A DNA stretch of 63,873 nucleotides, filler included, from Rhizaria sp. SCN 62-66 (lineage: Eukaryota): assembly GCA_001724265.1 (NCBI GenBank). It is 3 parts of 3 records of this genome, joined end to end, with 100 filler letters (N's around TTAATTAATTAA, not from the genome) between each part and the next. Parts side by side here need not be neighbours in the genome. Positions count along the whole stretch, not along the records: positions 25,449 to 51,091 come from MEDY01000415.1; positions 51,192 to 63,873 come from MEDY01000532.1; 1 more part is not named here. One strand, given 5' to 3'. Positions 38,795 to 51,219 of this stretch are shown in pieces. The notes beneath the pieces were generated by a model. The model saw only the letters and a program-made list of their open reading frames with translations. It had not been told where the DNA came from and made no database searches. The position numbers were made by a program, and so were the translations under genes. How positions within the stretch are numbered: position 1 is the first letter of the stretch; the number at the start of each line of letters is the position of its first letter.

Positions 38795-41700
38795 TTAAAT
38801 CTCGACGAAGCCGTCGGCGACGAGCTTGGCGGCGAGCTTGGCCGTCTGCTGGAGCGCGAAGGCCTGGAGCTGGACGACGTCGCCGACCTTGACCTTGGTG
38901 CTCTTCTTGCCGTCGGCCACAGTCGCCGTCACCTCGGTGCGCGTCAGGAACTGCACGGGCTTGAGCGCCGCCGCGGCGGGGTCGGCGGCCTGGAGGCGGG
39001 CCTCCTCGGCCGTGCGCAGCTCCTCGGCCAGGGCCTTGAGCGCGGGGACATCGAGCTTGCCGTCCTTCTTGCCCGAGAAGCCGAAGATGAAGTCGGCGCC
39101 GACGAAGACGATGGTCTTGCCCGTCTCCTTGATGAGCGGCGCGAAGTCGGGGATCTGCGACATGAAGACCGCGAACGAGGGCTCCTCGGTGCGCGCCAGG
39201 AAGCAGTCGTTGTGCGTGTCCTTGCACACCATCTGAACCTGCGCCTTGATGAGCGAGACCGTGAGGTCGCGGATGCGGCGCTGCGAGGCGATGGCCTGCT
39301 TGAAGAAGTCGGTCGCCGAGGAGACGACGTGCTCGGCCTGCACCGAGAGGTTGGACGAGAGCGTGTTGATCATGTCCGACTGGTGGGCCATCTCGGCCAG
39401 AGCGCGCTCGCCGGCGACGTAAGTCAGGCGCACGATGCCGTCAGTGACGCGGCGCGCACCGATCATCTTGATCAGCCCCACCTCGGAGGTGTTGTCGCAG
39501 TGCGTGCCGCAGCAGGCCTCGGTGTCGGTGTCGACGATGTTGACGATGCGCAGCGAGTTGCCCGGCACGACGCCGCCCTGGTACAGGTGGAAGCCGTACT
39601 TCTTCTCGGCCTCGTCCTTGGCCTGCGTGTTCTTGACGATGGCCTTGGCGTTGCGCACGGCGCGGTTGGCCTCGCGCTCGATCGTCGCCAGCTGCTCGTG
39701 CGTCAGCGCGCCATAGTGCGTAATGTCGAGGTGCGCCTCAGAAACCTTCTTGCGCGCGCCGTTCTGCCACACGTGCGGGCCCAGCACGCGGCGCGCGGTG
39801 GCGTAGATGAGGTGCGTGGCCGTGTGGTGCACGCGCAGCTGCTCGCGGCGCGCCTCGTCGATGCGGCCCGAGACGGACTTGCCGATGAGCTCATCGGCCG
39901 AGGCGACGCAGGGGGAGATCTGGTGCAGCACGCAGGGGCCGACGCGGATCACGTCTACGACCTCGTACGTCTTGCCGTCGATCACGAGCGAGCCGGAGTC
40001 GTGGTCCTGGCCGCCCGACGTGGGGTAGAAGAGCGACTTGTCGAGCACGACCATGCCCAGAGGCTTGGCGGCATCGGTCATGACGGGCATCACGTCGAGC
40101 ACCTTGGCGCCCGAGAACTCGACCGCGCGGTGGTCGTGGTCGTCGTCGTACAGCGACACCGTCGGCTCCAGGTGCGCAGTCTGGTACAGCACAGTGGGCT
40201 GCGCCTTGGCCGTCTGCTGCTGGCGGTAGTCGATCTCGTACCAGAGGTTGAGCGGGACCTCCTGGCCCGTCATCTGCGCGATCAGGTCCGCGGGGATGCC
40301 CAGCGAGGTCACGCAGCGGATCCAGTCGTCAAGCGCCAGCGCGCCCTTCTGCTTCTTGAGCAGCTGATCAAGCTTCTTGCGCTGCTCCTCGTCGTGCGAC
40401 TTGTAGAGCTTGTACTCGCGCGAGATGATCTCGGCGAAGGACGAGTAAGGGGGGAACTCGCCGTAGAGCTCGGCAAGGTCCTTCTTGTGCGCGTCGCAGA
40501 GGTCCAGGATGCCCTGCACGCCACCGAGGGGCTCGAACCAGTTGTTCTTGTTCAGGATCGCGAACGCGCGGCGGAGCACGTTGCGGATGTTGGAGCCGCC
40601 GCCGGTGTTGGCGGGCAGCGAACCGTCCTAGAATAAAGTAACAAAAATTTAAGCATGCCTCGATGAGTGATGCGATTGAATATCGGAAAAAAGGGTCGTC
40701 AATATATTCGATACTCCACCAGACAATAGAGAATATACGTGTGGTGTGCACGAGTGGTGTGCGTACCTGGATGGTCATGAGCGCGGTGCGCGTGTGGTCA
40801 AGGACGAGGTAGGCGTCGCGCACAGGCTCGATGGCGGCGCGGACCTCGGCCACGGGGACGCCGATCTGGTCCGAGATCCACTGCCACGTCTTGGACAGGT
40901 CGTCGACCTCGTCGACGTTGAGCAGGCACGACAGCGGGCCGAACTTGTCCCAGATGGCGGCGTTGCGCTCGAGCTTGACGCGGTCCAGAAGGATCTGGTA
41001 GCCGGACGGGAAGACGTCGAGGTACGAGGTGGCCGAGCCGTTGATGAGCCAGGGGATGCGCTCGAGGCCGATTCCGACGTCGATGACCTGCGGCAAGGCG
41101 GGGGTGGGAAGCAGAGAGGGGGGTGACGTGGTGTGAGTAATGTGTGAAAGTGTGTGTGTGTGTGTGTGCGAGGGAAGTGTGAGTAAACGGAGGATTGATT
41201 GCGACGGGTTGTGATGCATACCTGGATCTGGAGGGGCTCGCGGGAGCCGTCGGGGAAGGTCTTGTACTGCATGAAGACCATGTTTCCGACCTCGAGACCG
41301 GAGACGAAGTACTCGATCGAGGGGCCGAGGTTGCCTCCGCCGGCCCACACGTCCTCGATGAACGTGATCTCCTCGGGCGGGATCTGCAGCTCCTCGGTCA
41401 GCCAGCGGAAGTTGAACTCGACGCACTCGTCGGCCCAGAACTTCTTGTCGTTGGGCTTGTTGAAAACCTGGATACCGAGCATGACGAAGCCGGAGTAGTG
41501 GCGGCCCGTGATGCCGATGTTGTCGAGGTCGTTGAAGCGTACGCAGAACTGCGGGCAGATCAGCGGGTTCGCGGGGGGCTCGAGCTCGCCCGTGACAACG
41601 TAGGGCTGGAAGCAGTAGATGCCGGCCTGCACGAAGTCGACGTCATCGCGCCAGCGCGCCACGACGGGGTAGCGCTTGATGGCCGTGCACGGGATGCGCG

Positions 41701-42351
41701 CGGAGGTCAGCGAGCGCTCGAACGTCTTGTACGCCTCACCGTAAGTGATCTTGCGCGCGAGCGGGCCAGAGCCGAGGCCACGACCGGAGCCGATGAAGCC
41801 GTACTTCTTGTCGCACTGCGAGTCGCCGCAGGTGATGCGGGACTCGTTGTAGCGCCAGAAGTTGGCTGCGCACTCAGGGCACGAGGCGCGGTGGAAGCCC
41901 AGCTTGCGAAGGGTCTCGGTGGGGTAGAACTTGTCCGGGTTAGCCGCAAACTCGGGCTTAGCAAGCTTCTTGAGCTCCTATCAGGTGTGCAGCGAAGCAG
42001 GTGGGGGGCGCAGGAGGGGTGAAACGAGGCGAAACGCGGGTGGTCAGCAGAGTCGATGGTGGCGATGTAGGAATGTTCGGGACACGTAGTATGCAACACA
42101 GCAACGACAAAGGCGATCAAAAGACACATGCGTAGAAACAAAATAGAGTGCTGCCGGAGATTTTGTGATTATATATGATCGATCAAGCGTGGGCAATGGA
42201 AAAATGTTACTTTTCGGGCACCTGCTTCAGCGCCTTCGCAACTTTGTCCTAAAGCAGCTTTTGCGTCCATAAAACGCGTGATAGAGCGCATGAAGCGCGG
42301 TCGTACCTTGGGAGTAAGGACCTTAACAGTCTTAACTTCTTCGTCAGCCAT
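38795..42351 (-). CDS. AARS: Alanyl-tRNA synthetase, archaeal type; exons 42351-42307, 41977-41222, 41087-40767, 40627-38795
   Basis: N-terminal zinc knuckle GFHRASCPECAANFW...TCGDSQCDKKYGFIG. Catalytic region RYPVVARWRDDVDFVQAGIYCFQP...PPANPL...RFNDLDNIGITGRH, WAGGGNLGPSIE and VIDVGIGLERIPW. Editing domain HHTATH...GPHVWQNGA...LDITHY...LYQGGVVPG...EACCGTH. TAA stop. Confidence 0.95.
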
Positions 42352-42634
42352 TGTTCTTGGGGAACTTCGCGTTAACGGAGGAATCGCGAGATCTCAACAC
42401 TGCTCCGTCGGCATCACGGACCGAGCCCAAGCCCGGCCGACCACAAAGCCAAAAGCAGTAAGTGACTGTGCGCACTTTCTCGCCACGGTCACCCATGATC
42501 ACTTGAAAAAAACCCGTTCATGTTATCAATAAACGTATTTTAATTTATTATTTGTCAATCTAAGTATTAAAAGAATCTATATATCATAATTACATGTTAT
42601 TCTAAGTAGTGATGCAGGGTGTACAGCGCTATGC

Positions 42635-44545
42635 TCACGGAAACCAGAGATCGTCCCCGGGCGCCTCATCAAGTTTGCTGCTTCCGGTCTGCTCCTGTAC
42701 CCAGGCCTGGGCATCCTCACGCTTTTGCTGCGCCGCGGTCTCCTCCGCAGTCCATCCGCGCATGCGCGCGGCGTCCGCCTGCGCGTGGTTGGGCGCCCCG
42801 CGCGCCCGGAGCGCCGCGGCGTGGGCCCTCTCGGCCACAGCCTCGCGGACCTGGCCCATCAGTCCCTCTTCCTCCGCGGGCGACAGCCACCACGCGGCGT
42901 CGCCCGAGAGCTGCCCGCGCGCAATGTCGCGCTCCAGCGCCGCCAGACTGCGGCCCAGTTGCCCCCACGCCGCAGCCGCCACGGCCGGGTCAGCGGAGCC
43001 GAAGCCGAGGGTCTGAGAGGAGGCTTCTACCAGCTCATCTCTGCTCTCGTCGTCGTAATCACCCTCGATGTCGCTGTCGTCACCGTCGTCGTTATCGGAA
43101 AGGTAGAACAGTCCGTCGTCGTAGCCTTCGGCCGCGGCCACGCGCGCGCGCCGCCTCGCAGCCCTCTTAGCCGCCTTCTTACTCTTTCTCACCTCCGCCT
43201 CAGACACGCTGCCACCGCCACCGTCCTGGCCCTGTTGCTGCTGCTGCTGCTGCTGCAACGTCGCCCCGGCGGCTCCAGTCCTCGCGGCGCCGGCCTTACC
43301 CGCCGCGCGCGCCGCCGCCGTCGCGGCTTGCGCCGCCGCGGCCTGTGCAGCCTTGTCGAGCGCGCTGAGCACCGCGCCGTGGCCCGCGCGCCGCGCCCAG
43401 TCCGCAGGCGTGAAGCCCGCGCCGTCGAGCGCGCGCGCGGGCGCCCCCGCCGCGACCAGCAGCGCCGCCACGCGCGGGTGCCCATGGGCGCACGCCAGGT
43501 GCAGCGCCGTCAGCCCGCCGCGCGCGGTTGCGGTCGCTGCTGGCGCGGGCACAGACACGGCTACAGCCGCGGCCGAGGCCGACGAGGACGTGACTGTCGC
43601 GGCACTGCCACCTCTGCTGCTGCTGCTGATGCTGCTCTTGCTGCCGACCGCGCCGGTGCAGAGCCCCATGCCGACCGCGGCGGCAGTGGCGGAGGCGGCG
43701 GCAGCGGCGGTGGTTTTAAGGTGCATGGCGGCGTAAGTCGCGCCCGCAGTCAGCGAGGCGTGCCGCGAGCTGAAGGTCCTGCTGTTGCGCGTGAAGGGCG
43801 ACGCAGTGAAGTCGTTGTTGTCTTCGTCATCGACGCCTGCGCCAACGCCAGCGCAAGCAGGCGACGGGCTCGACTGTTGTGCGGTATCACGAGTCAGGTC
43901 GTAAACGTTGTTCGTGTTGTTGTCATTGTTGAAGTTGTTGCTATGAGCCGCCGCCGCTGCCGTGGCGGACGCGGCTGCTGCTGCCTTGCACTCTGCTGGG
44001 AGCTCAGGCCCGACCGCGCCAGCCCCGCCCGGGTACTTGGTGCGCGCGAGTATGAGGCTGGGCGCCGCGTCGGGCGCGGCGCGGCGCGTGTGGCCCGCGT
44101 GCCGGTACTCGCGCTTGGTCTCGAAGCCGGGGTCCGCACGCGCGGCCAGCAGCAGCGCGACTGTGCTGGTGTGACCCGCGGCGGCTGCGAAGTGCAGAGC
44201 GGACGCGCCGATGACCGGCGTGCGCGCGTTGACCGACGCCTGCGCCTCGAGCAGCGCGCGCACTAGCGGGGCGGCGTTGGCGGCCGCGGCCAGCATCAGC
44301 GGCGTCTGGTTGCCCCGCACGGGCGAGAACTGGTTCACACTGATTCTGTTGGCTAGCTCGGCCGTCGGGGGCAGTCCGTCGGCCGTCACGGCGTAGCTGG
44401 CGTGCCGCGAGGGCAGCGCAGAGGCGCGCACGCGATCGATTGAAGTAGTCTGTCGTGAAAGGGTATCGTCGGAGGGGGAAGGACGCGAACGGGACTCCGT
44501 GCCGAGCTTAGAGTCCCGCAGAAGATCTAGGAAACGGCTACTCAT
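42635..44545 (-). CDS. Ankyrin-repeat protein with low-complexity inserts and an acidic C-terminal region
   Basis: Ankyrin motifs QTPLMLAAAANAAPLVRALLEAQASVN, SALHFAAAAGHTSTVALLLAARADP, LTALHLACAHGHPRVAALLVAAGA and GFTPADWARRAGHGAV. TGA stop. Confidence 0.88.
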   Translation of the reverse strand: MSSRFLDLLRDSKLGTESRSRPSPSDDTLSRQTTSIDRVRASALPSRHASYAVTADGLPPTAELANRISVNQFSPVRGNQTPLMLAAAANAAPLVRALLEAQASVNARTPVIGASALHFAAAAGHTSTVALLLAARADPGFETKREYRHAGHTRRAAPDAAPSLILARTKYPGGAGAVGPELPAECKAAAAASATAAAAAHSNNFNNDNNTNNVYDLTRDTAQQSSPSPACAGVGAGVDDEDNNDFTASPFTRNSRTFSSRHASLTAGATYAAMHLKTTAAAAASATAAAVGMGLCTGAVGSKSSISSSSRGGSAATVTSSSASAAAVAVSVPAPAATATARGGLTALHLACAHGHPRVAALLVAAGAPARALDGAGFTPADWARRAGHGAVLSALDKAAQAAAAQAATAAARAAGKAGAARTGAAGATLQQQQQQQQGQDGGGGSVSEAEVRKSKKAAKRAARRRARVAAAEGYDDGLFYLSDNDDGDDSDIEGDYDDESRDELVEASSQTLGFGSADPAVAAAAWGQLGRSLAALERDIARGQLSGDAAWWLSPAEEEGLMGQVREAVAERAHAAALRARGAPNHAQADAARMRGWTAEETAAQQKREDAQAWVQEQTGSSKLDEAPGDDLWFP

Positions 44546-45564
44546 CTTCCAGTCGATTCAGGCCGCTCCTTTACAGAGCTCTCAGGGGCGAAACAAGTTG
44601 CTATATTAATGAAAAGACGTGGGCCCAGTGGTCATGTAAGAAATTCACCAAAAAACCCATTGTTATTTAAAATCACGGACTATTGACGCTATTCTATGAA
44701 GTCATTTTGTCTCGTCACAGCAAGTCAAACCCACCTTGATTTTTTCGGAACAGCATTCTGATGTGTCGCAACTTCAAGTTCGATCAATGCATGTCTCAAT
44801 AAAACAGTTGTTTCATACATTTATATTACTATGGCAACACACAACCATGTTATTAGATATGGTTATTGCCAACTTCTGTTTAAAAGGCATCATATTCGCG
44901 CAATAATTCCAACATGTTGTAAAGACGTACATGTAGACGCATCGTAATGATAAGACGAGCGGTCACCTATAGCACTAAAATAGTTTTTTCTCGGCGCAAC
45001 AAAGTACGATGAACGTTGACAATGTCAAAAAATGCGGCGTTGCAATGGGTAACAATGTAAGCAGAGACACAAGAGAGGATGACGCTTGGGTGAAGCACCA
45101 GCTTCGGAGGCTAGATAAACATCAATATAGATGTTTAATCATGTCAATTTTTTTATTTTAATACACACATGTACGTATAACCGTTATACGTTTATATTAA
45201 ATCTCCGACCCAATGTCTTGCCTATAAACGATGTCTATTTATGACGTTTTCAAGTCGTCCTTGCAGCCTTTTGGTTTCTTCGTTCTCGCCAGCGTGGCCG
45301 CTGAGGGTTGACTGTCGACCAAGAGCCGAGGTTAGGGCTCGGGTGTTCCCTTCTGCATGTTTCTTGACGCATTTTCTCGGTAAACCTGGGTGTTTAGTTG
45401 CACGTACTTCTTTTAGTGTCGGATTTCAATATCTTCACATTACTTTCACTTTCGACACTCACGATTCTCGCCGCTTTTTTGCTTGTTAACGAACACCTTT
45501 CGCCGTTCCTTTGCATAACGTAGCTCGCCCCAGGGCAAAAACCCGCAAGTTGCGTCACAACGCA

Positions 45565-46568
45565 ATGAGTACATCAAACCGGGTACCCTTCGCCGGAGGT
45601 GGAATCCCCACAAACATCAACGAACGTCCGGACTCGCACGATAGTCTTGGAATGTGGTCTGCAGCGCCTTTTCACGCCACTCACGCTGCCTCCTCGGACC
45701 TTGCCCCACCCTCCCTGCCCTACGGTTCCTACGCCACCACCACGCACGCAAACGCGCATGCTGACTTTGCTATGCCTAGATTTGGCTCTGCGGCACACCT
45801 ACCTCTCGGTAATAACGGCTCAACTTCAGGTGGTGCCAGAGGCTCGTGGTGGGACTCTCCCCACCCGCAGTCAGGGACCTCGTCATCAGCTGCGTCATCG
45901 TCTGGTGTTGCGCATCTCACTGGGTCATCCGCTAACGCACCCGGCTTGATCAGCGCGACTACTACGTCATCTACGTCTCTTGCCGCGCCCTCTACTCTCG
46001 CGCGCGGCGCTGGACCCGCGTCAGGCGCCGACTCGTGGCCTTCGCTCGACTTGCACTTCTCCTCTCTCTCGCATGTTTCGCAGACCTCGACCGCGGTCTC
46101 CGCGCCCGGCAACTCTGCTTTCGGCTCTGCTCAGACTTCTGGTGCCGCATCGACCAACGCTGACTTGGCGCACAACCCGCACTGGCCCGCTTTCGGCTCG
46201 CAAAACTACCTCTTCGAGCCCAGCGGTGGCAGCGGACTTACGACTAGCTACGCTTCCCCCGCCGCGTCCGACGCCGGCTCCCCGCAACTCAACGCCGTGT
46301 CGGGCGCCAGCAGCATCGGATCTGGCTCTGGTACCGGCATGATGTCGCCGGAGCAACTTGCCAACGCGCTCAAGCTCGCATCGCTCTCTGGAAACAATGG
46401 CAACAACGGTAACGGCAACAGCAACGGACAACAGCAGTTCATGCATCAGCAATTGATGCATGCACAGCAGCAACAGCAGCAACAACAGCAACAGCAGCAG
46501 GCACGTATGCAGGCCCAGCAGGCCCTTGTCCAGGCTCAGTTCATGTCCTCGCAGGGAGCGCGACCCGG

Positions 46569-46601
<33 letters not shown>

Positions 46602-49389
46602 ACAACAGCAGCTTGGCCAGCAGAACAACCAGCAGCAGAGCAACCAGCAGCAGAGCTGGCAACAGCAGCCGCAGCAGCAGCCACAGCTGCAGTCGCAACA
46701 GCTTTCCGATCTCAACGCTGCGATGGCCGCCCTGCTGGCCGGCCAGGGCCAGGCCGGCGCGGGTTTCAACAACGGCAACGCGGGGTTCTCTCAGCTGCAA
46801 CAGCAGCTTCAACAGCAGCAACAGCAGCAACAACAGGCCAACTCCAACAACAATCTGGTGGCACTCCAAGCGTTCATTGCGGGCCAAATGCAGCAGTCTC
46901 AGTCGCAGGCGCAGGCCCAGATGCAAACCGCTCAGCTGCAGGCGCTGCTCCTCCAAGTCCAGCAGCAGCAACTGCAGCAAACCCAGCAGCAACAGCAGCA
47001 GCAGCTGCAGCGTGGCGTCGGCACGATCAACCCGTACGCCTCGCAGCTCAACGGCCAGTCGTCGAACGCCGTTGTCGCTGCCGCTGCCGCCGTCGCCGCG
47101 GCCGCCGCGTCAGGGGCCAACGGCGCCGGCTCCGCGCTGGGCGACCTGTCCCCCGACCCGCTGCTCGTTGCGCAGTCGGCGCTCGCCGCAGCCTACGCTA
47201 GAGCTGCCTCTGCGGGTGGCGCGGGTGGCGCTGGCGCGGGCTACAACAACCTCGGCGCGACCTTGGGGACGTACGGCAACGGCAACAACAAGGCGCAATT
47301 CGGCAGCGCGCAGGGGCACGGCAACGGTGGCGGGAACAAGAAGCGGAGCTCGTCGCGCCAGGAGTCGTACAACACGGCCACTGGCGCTGCTAACGACGGC
47401 GCTTTCGGCGCGAACTCGTTCGCCCTTCAGCAGCAGCAGCAGCAGCAGTACCAACTCTTCCTTCAAATGCAGCAACAACAGCAGCAACAACATCAGCTCG
47501 CCATGCGCTCTGGTGCCTCTGCTAACGGCAACAGCAACCTTCCGTCCTTCTCGGCGGCCTCGCAGAACCCTCAGCTGCAGTCGCACCTGGCCTCGTTGTC
47601 GCCTGCTGACCTCGCCGCCGCCGCCACCGCCGCCGCGGCTGCCGCGGCTGCCTTCGGCCAGACCTACGGCCCAGGCAACAGCGCCGCAGCAGCGGCGGCC
47701 GCAGCCGCAGCAGCCGCCGCCGCCGCTGCCGCCGCGACCAACCCGGGCGGCAAGCATCAGCACAAGCGCGGCGGCAGTAGCCTGGGCGTCGGCCGCGGCG
47801 GCGCTAACGGCGCGCACGCAGCGGTCGCGTTGCAGACGGCACAGTTCCTGGCCGCGCACGAGGCCGCGAACGCGGATGCGTGGCAGCACTCGGGCCCGCC
47901 TCACGCGCTCGCGCGCGCACACACGAGCCATGGCCACTTCGGCGGCCACGGCCACGGCTTCGGCCACGGCCACGGGCACGGGCACGGATACCACGGCCAC
48001 GGGCACGGGCACAACCACGCCGCGCTCAGCCACAGCCTCGGATTCGCGCACTCGGACCTCAACTTTGGACTTGACGGAGGTTATGGTAACGGTGCCAACG
48101 GCAGCGCCGCGGCAGCAGCGGCTGCCGCAGCCGCGGCGATGTCTATGGCAGGCGCCGGCAACGCCAACGCGAAGCCGCCGGGCCCGTGGCCGCCGCTGCA
48201 GCCGAACCTGCGCCTGTCTGCGCGCTTCGTGTGCGACGAGTCGCTGCCGGACCGCGCCGTGGTGCCTCGCGGCGCGCGTCTGCTCAAGCTGTGGCGCATT
48301 GCCAACCCGGGCCCGCGGCCGTGGCCCGCCGGCACGCGCCTCGTGCACATGCGCGGCGACGCCACGGTGCCTGAGTCGCTCGCTTTCCCGCTCTACGTCT
48401 CCGCGCCCGCGCCCCAGTCGATGTTCTCCACCGCGGCGGCCGCCGCGCTCGCCGCAAACGCAGCCGCCGCGGCCGCCGCGACCGCCGCAGCCGCCGCGGC
48501 TGCCGCTGGTGGCGACGCGGCCGCCGAGGCCGAGGCCCTGGCCGCTGCGGCGGCGCTGACGACGACGAAGCCCTCGTCCGCGGGCGCCGCACTGACGCCC
48601 AACGAGCTGCTGGGGTTGTGGGACGACGGCAGCGGGTGGCGCTTCGACCGGGGTCTTATGCGGCCCTCGTCTGCCGACTGGCCCGCGCCCGCGGGGCCGC
48701 CCGCCACGCGCGCGCTCACGCCCAACAGCTGCCCTCGCAACGGCCCCGGGAGCGCGGCGACGACGGCCGCGGACGCGCCCACGGGCGGCGACTGTAGCCC
48801 GGGATCCACCGCCGACACCGCGGCCGCCAACGCCGCTGCGGGCGCGTCGGGCGACTGCGGGCCGTCGGGTTCCAGCGCCCACGCATCTCCCGCCGTGTCG
48901 TCGTCGATGCCGCCTGCGCTGTCGCCCGCGACGTCGGTGGCCAGCAGCACGATGCCCGCGCTCTCGACCACGTGCACCACGCCCGTCGCGGCCTACATGG
49001 CCGCGCACACGACCACCAACAGCGCCAGCCCCAGCCCCACGCCCAGCGCAGGTGGCGCGGGCGGGCCCGCGAACGTTAACGCGTCGCTAGCGGCCGCGCT
49101 TGCGCTGACGCACGTCGGTGTCGGCGAGCCCTGCGTGCGGCCCGGTGAGGAGGTCGTGGCGGGCGCCCTGCTGCGCGCGCAGACCACGCCCGGCTCGCGC
49201 TGCCTGGCCGTCTTCCGCCTCGCCGTTGGCGACGTGCCCTTCGGCCCACGGCTCTGGGTTGACCTCATCACCGACGGCTCACCCGCCGTCGTCGCTGTCG
49301 AGGACTGCGACGGCGACAGCGTCGAAGGCGACTGCTCCAAGGACAAGACCGCGTCTAACGGTGTCAAGGTCGAGGTTGTCTCTGAGTAA
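45565..49389 (+). CDS. Q/A-rich protein with a C-terminal NBR1 FW (NBR1/ILRUN-like Ig) domain split by an insertion
   Basis: SARFVCDESLPDRAVVPRGARLLKLWRIANPGPRPWPAGTRLVHMRGD is the first half of the FW domain. VRPGEEVVAGALLRAQTTPG...FRLAVGDVPFGPRLWVDL is the second half. Poly-Q and HG repeats. TAA stop. Confidence 0.8.
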
Positions 49390-51091
49390 GCGCCGGGCGG
49401 TGTCATCGGTGTGCTTCTGAGAAGTACTTTCATCGAATTATAATTGTGTTTTCGCGTGCGACGGACGGATGTTGAGGCTTCTGTGATGATGTGCTGTTCT
49501 CTGCTGTTTATACTGCTATGCTTTATTGGTGTTCTAATTTGTGTATTGTGCCTTTGTGTTCTATCGCCGAGTTTGGAGATGTGGACTGGGGCCCGTACAC
49601 TCTGAGACACCACTTAGTCATAACAGAAACTTCATGTATTGCTCACGAACATATGCTTTAACGTTGCCTCCAGATTTGCGTGCTTGCTGTTTGGATGTTG
49701 TTGTCTTATTTCTTCAGTGCGCTCGCATTGTGCGCGTGTACTGTTGCAAGTTTGACACCAAACAACATGTGGGGGTTGATACAAACAGGTTGTGCATGTG
49801 GCTGGCGAGAGAGCGATGATGTTTGTCAGAAAGAGAACGGATGTTCGACGTGGTCATGACGTATGCACTTTTGTCGCCGTTTCACATGCTGACTCGCTCT
49901 CTCTATCATACCCCACTGTTCACCGGTAACGACTCGACCGCCCCTATTCCCCAATTCTCTTTCGTCATATCATACCTACGCATGAAAAATCCACGTCGTG
50001 CATATACGCAACACACCACACAACAAAGGGTAGTGTTTTTCATGTGCTTTGATGGTTTTTCTTCAGTGTTTGGTCTAATGGCGCGATAATGCGCATCACA
50101 GTGAAGCTTTGTGCGCCCTGTTTGGTCGTGGTACGCGTTTTCGTACCGCACCCGCTTCGCGTCCTTTGCTCCTGGGTGCTCTCTTGTCGCGGCTCAATCC
50201 ACAACATTTTCTTTGCATGGATAGTATGGACTATTTTTCTCTGCTGCGCACCTAAACCTCCTTCGATCCCTGTGTCCCAACGCATACTCACTGTTTGTGA
50301 GTCTGCCTGGTAATCGACTGGTGGGTGACGGGCCGCAGACGCCTCTTCTGTGACTCACCTTGTCAAGGTGTGATTGATTTATGTACTTTTTTTTTGTTTT
50401 TGTCTAGTCCTCTCTCGGTTACATGTTCTCTGCCATCACAAGACGTCATTATTTGTCGCCGTTTTTGTGTTGCATTCTTTTCACGATTATATGTGTTGTC
50501 AGTCGTTGACAACGGTAGTTTTTAATATCAGCTTTAGTGTGTATGTGTATGTTGTATGTTTTCTTCATGTAGTATCGTATGACCCTCCTGGATACGTGTC
50601 GATCAATATTGAAGTTTAGATATCGCTAGTTGTTACCCCTATACCGTGTTTCTCGTGTATATGTTAAAATCTGTATGTGTTAGTATTTTAGGACAATACT
50701 TCATCAAAAAATCGTCAAAATTACGCAATTTATCAATCTTTTTTTGTTGGTTTTAATCCTGAGTGACGCCATTTTCGTTGTGACGGTGTATGTCGTTATC
50801 AGCGCTCATTGACAGTCACCACACTCAATGTTCCTGTCATTCACATCGACTTTCTCCCGCGGCGGTGATTTCACAACGTACCGATTTTCCATATGCATTC
50901 TTTGTTTCGAGCGATATTTGAACGCGTTGCCACTGTTGACCCACATTTTTCGGGTTCTGGCACACAATCACAGCATCGCCCGTTGCACTAACGTAACCCC
51001 TATGTAGCGTCAACTAAAAAACGCCAAAAACGCAGTTTTCGGCAGGTAACTTCCACAATAGAAATCTCTGTGAAATAATCGTCAAAGCTTA

Positions 51092-51191
51092 NNNNNNNNN
51101 NNNNNNNNNNNNNNNNNNNNNNNNNNNNNNNNNNNTTAATTAATTAANNNNNNNNNNNNNNNNNNNNNNNNNNNNNNNNNNNNNNNNNNNN
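51092..51191. other. Artificial contig-joining linker (N44 TTAATTAATTAA N44)
   Basis: Identical to 25349-25448. Confidence 0.97.
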
Positions 51192-51219
51192 CACCTCGCC
51201 TCGCCTCGCCTCGCCTCGC

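Noticed and set aside
41978-41980. TAG in frame just upstream of AlaRS exon 2 (also 40630-40628)
   Set aside because: These are 3' splice acceptors of clear AT/pyrimidine-rich introns and were not counted as in-frame stops.
49390-51091. Short hydrophobic ORFs in the AT-rich region after the NBR1-FW gene
   Set aside because: They lack the GC-rich codon bias of real exons and are consistent with 3' UTR or intergenic DNA.
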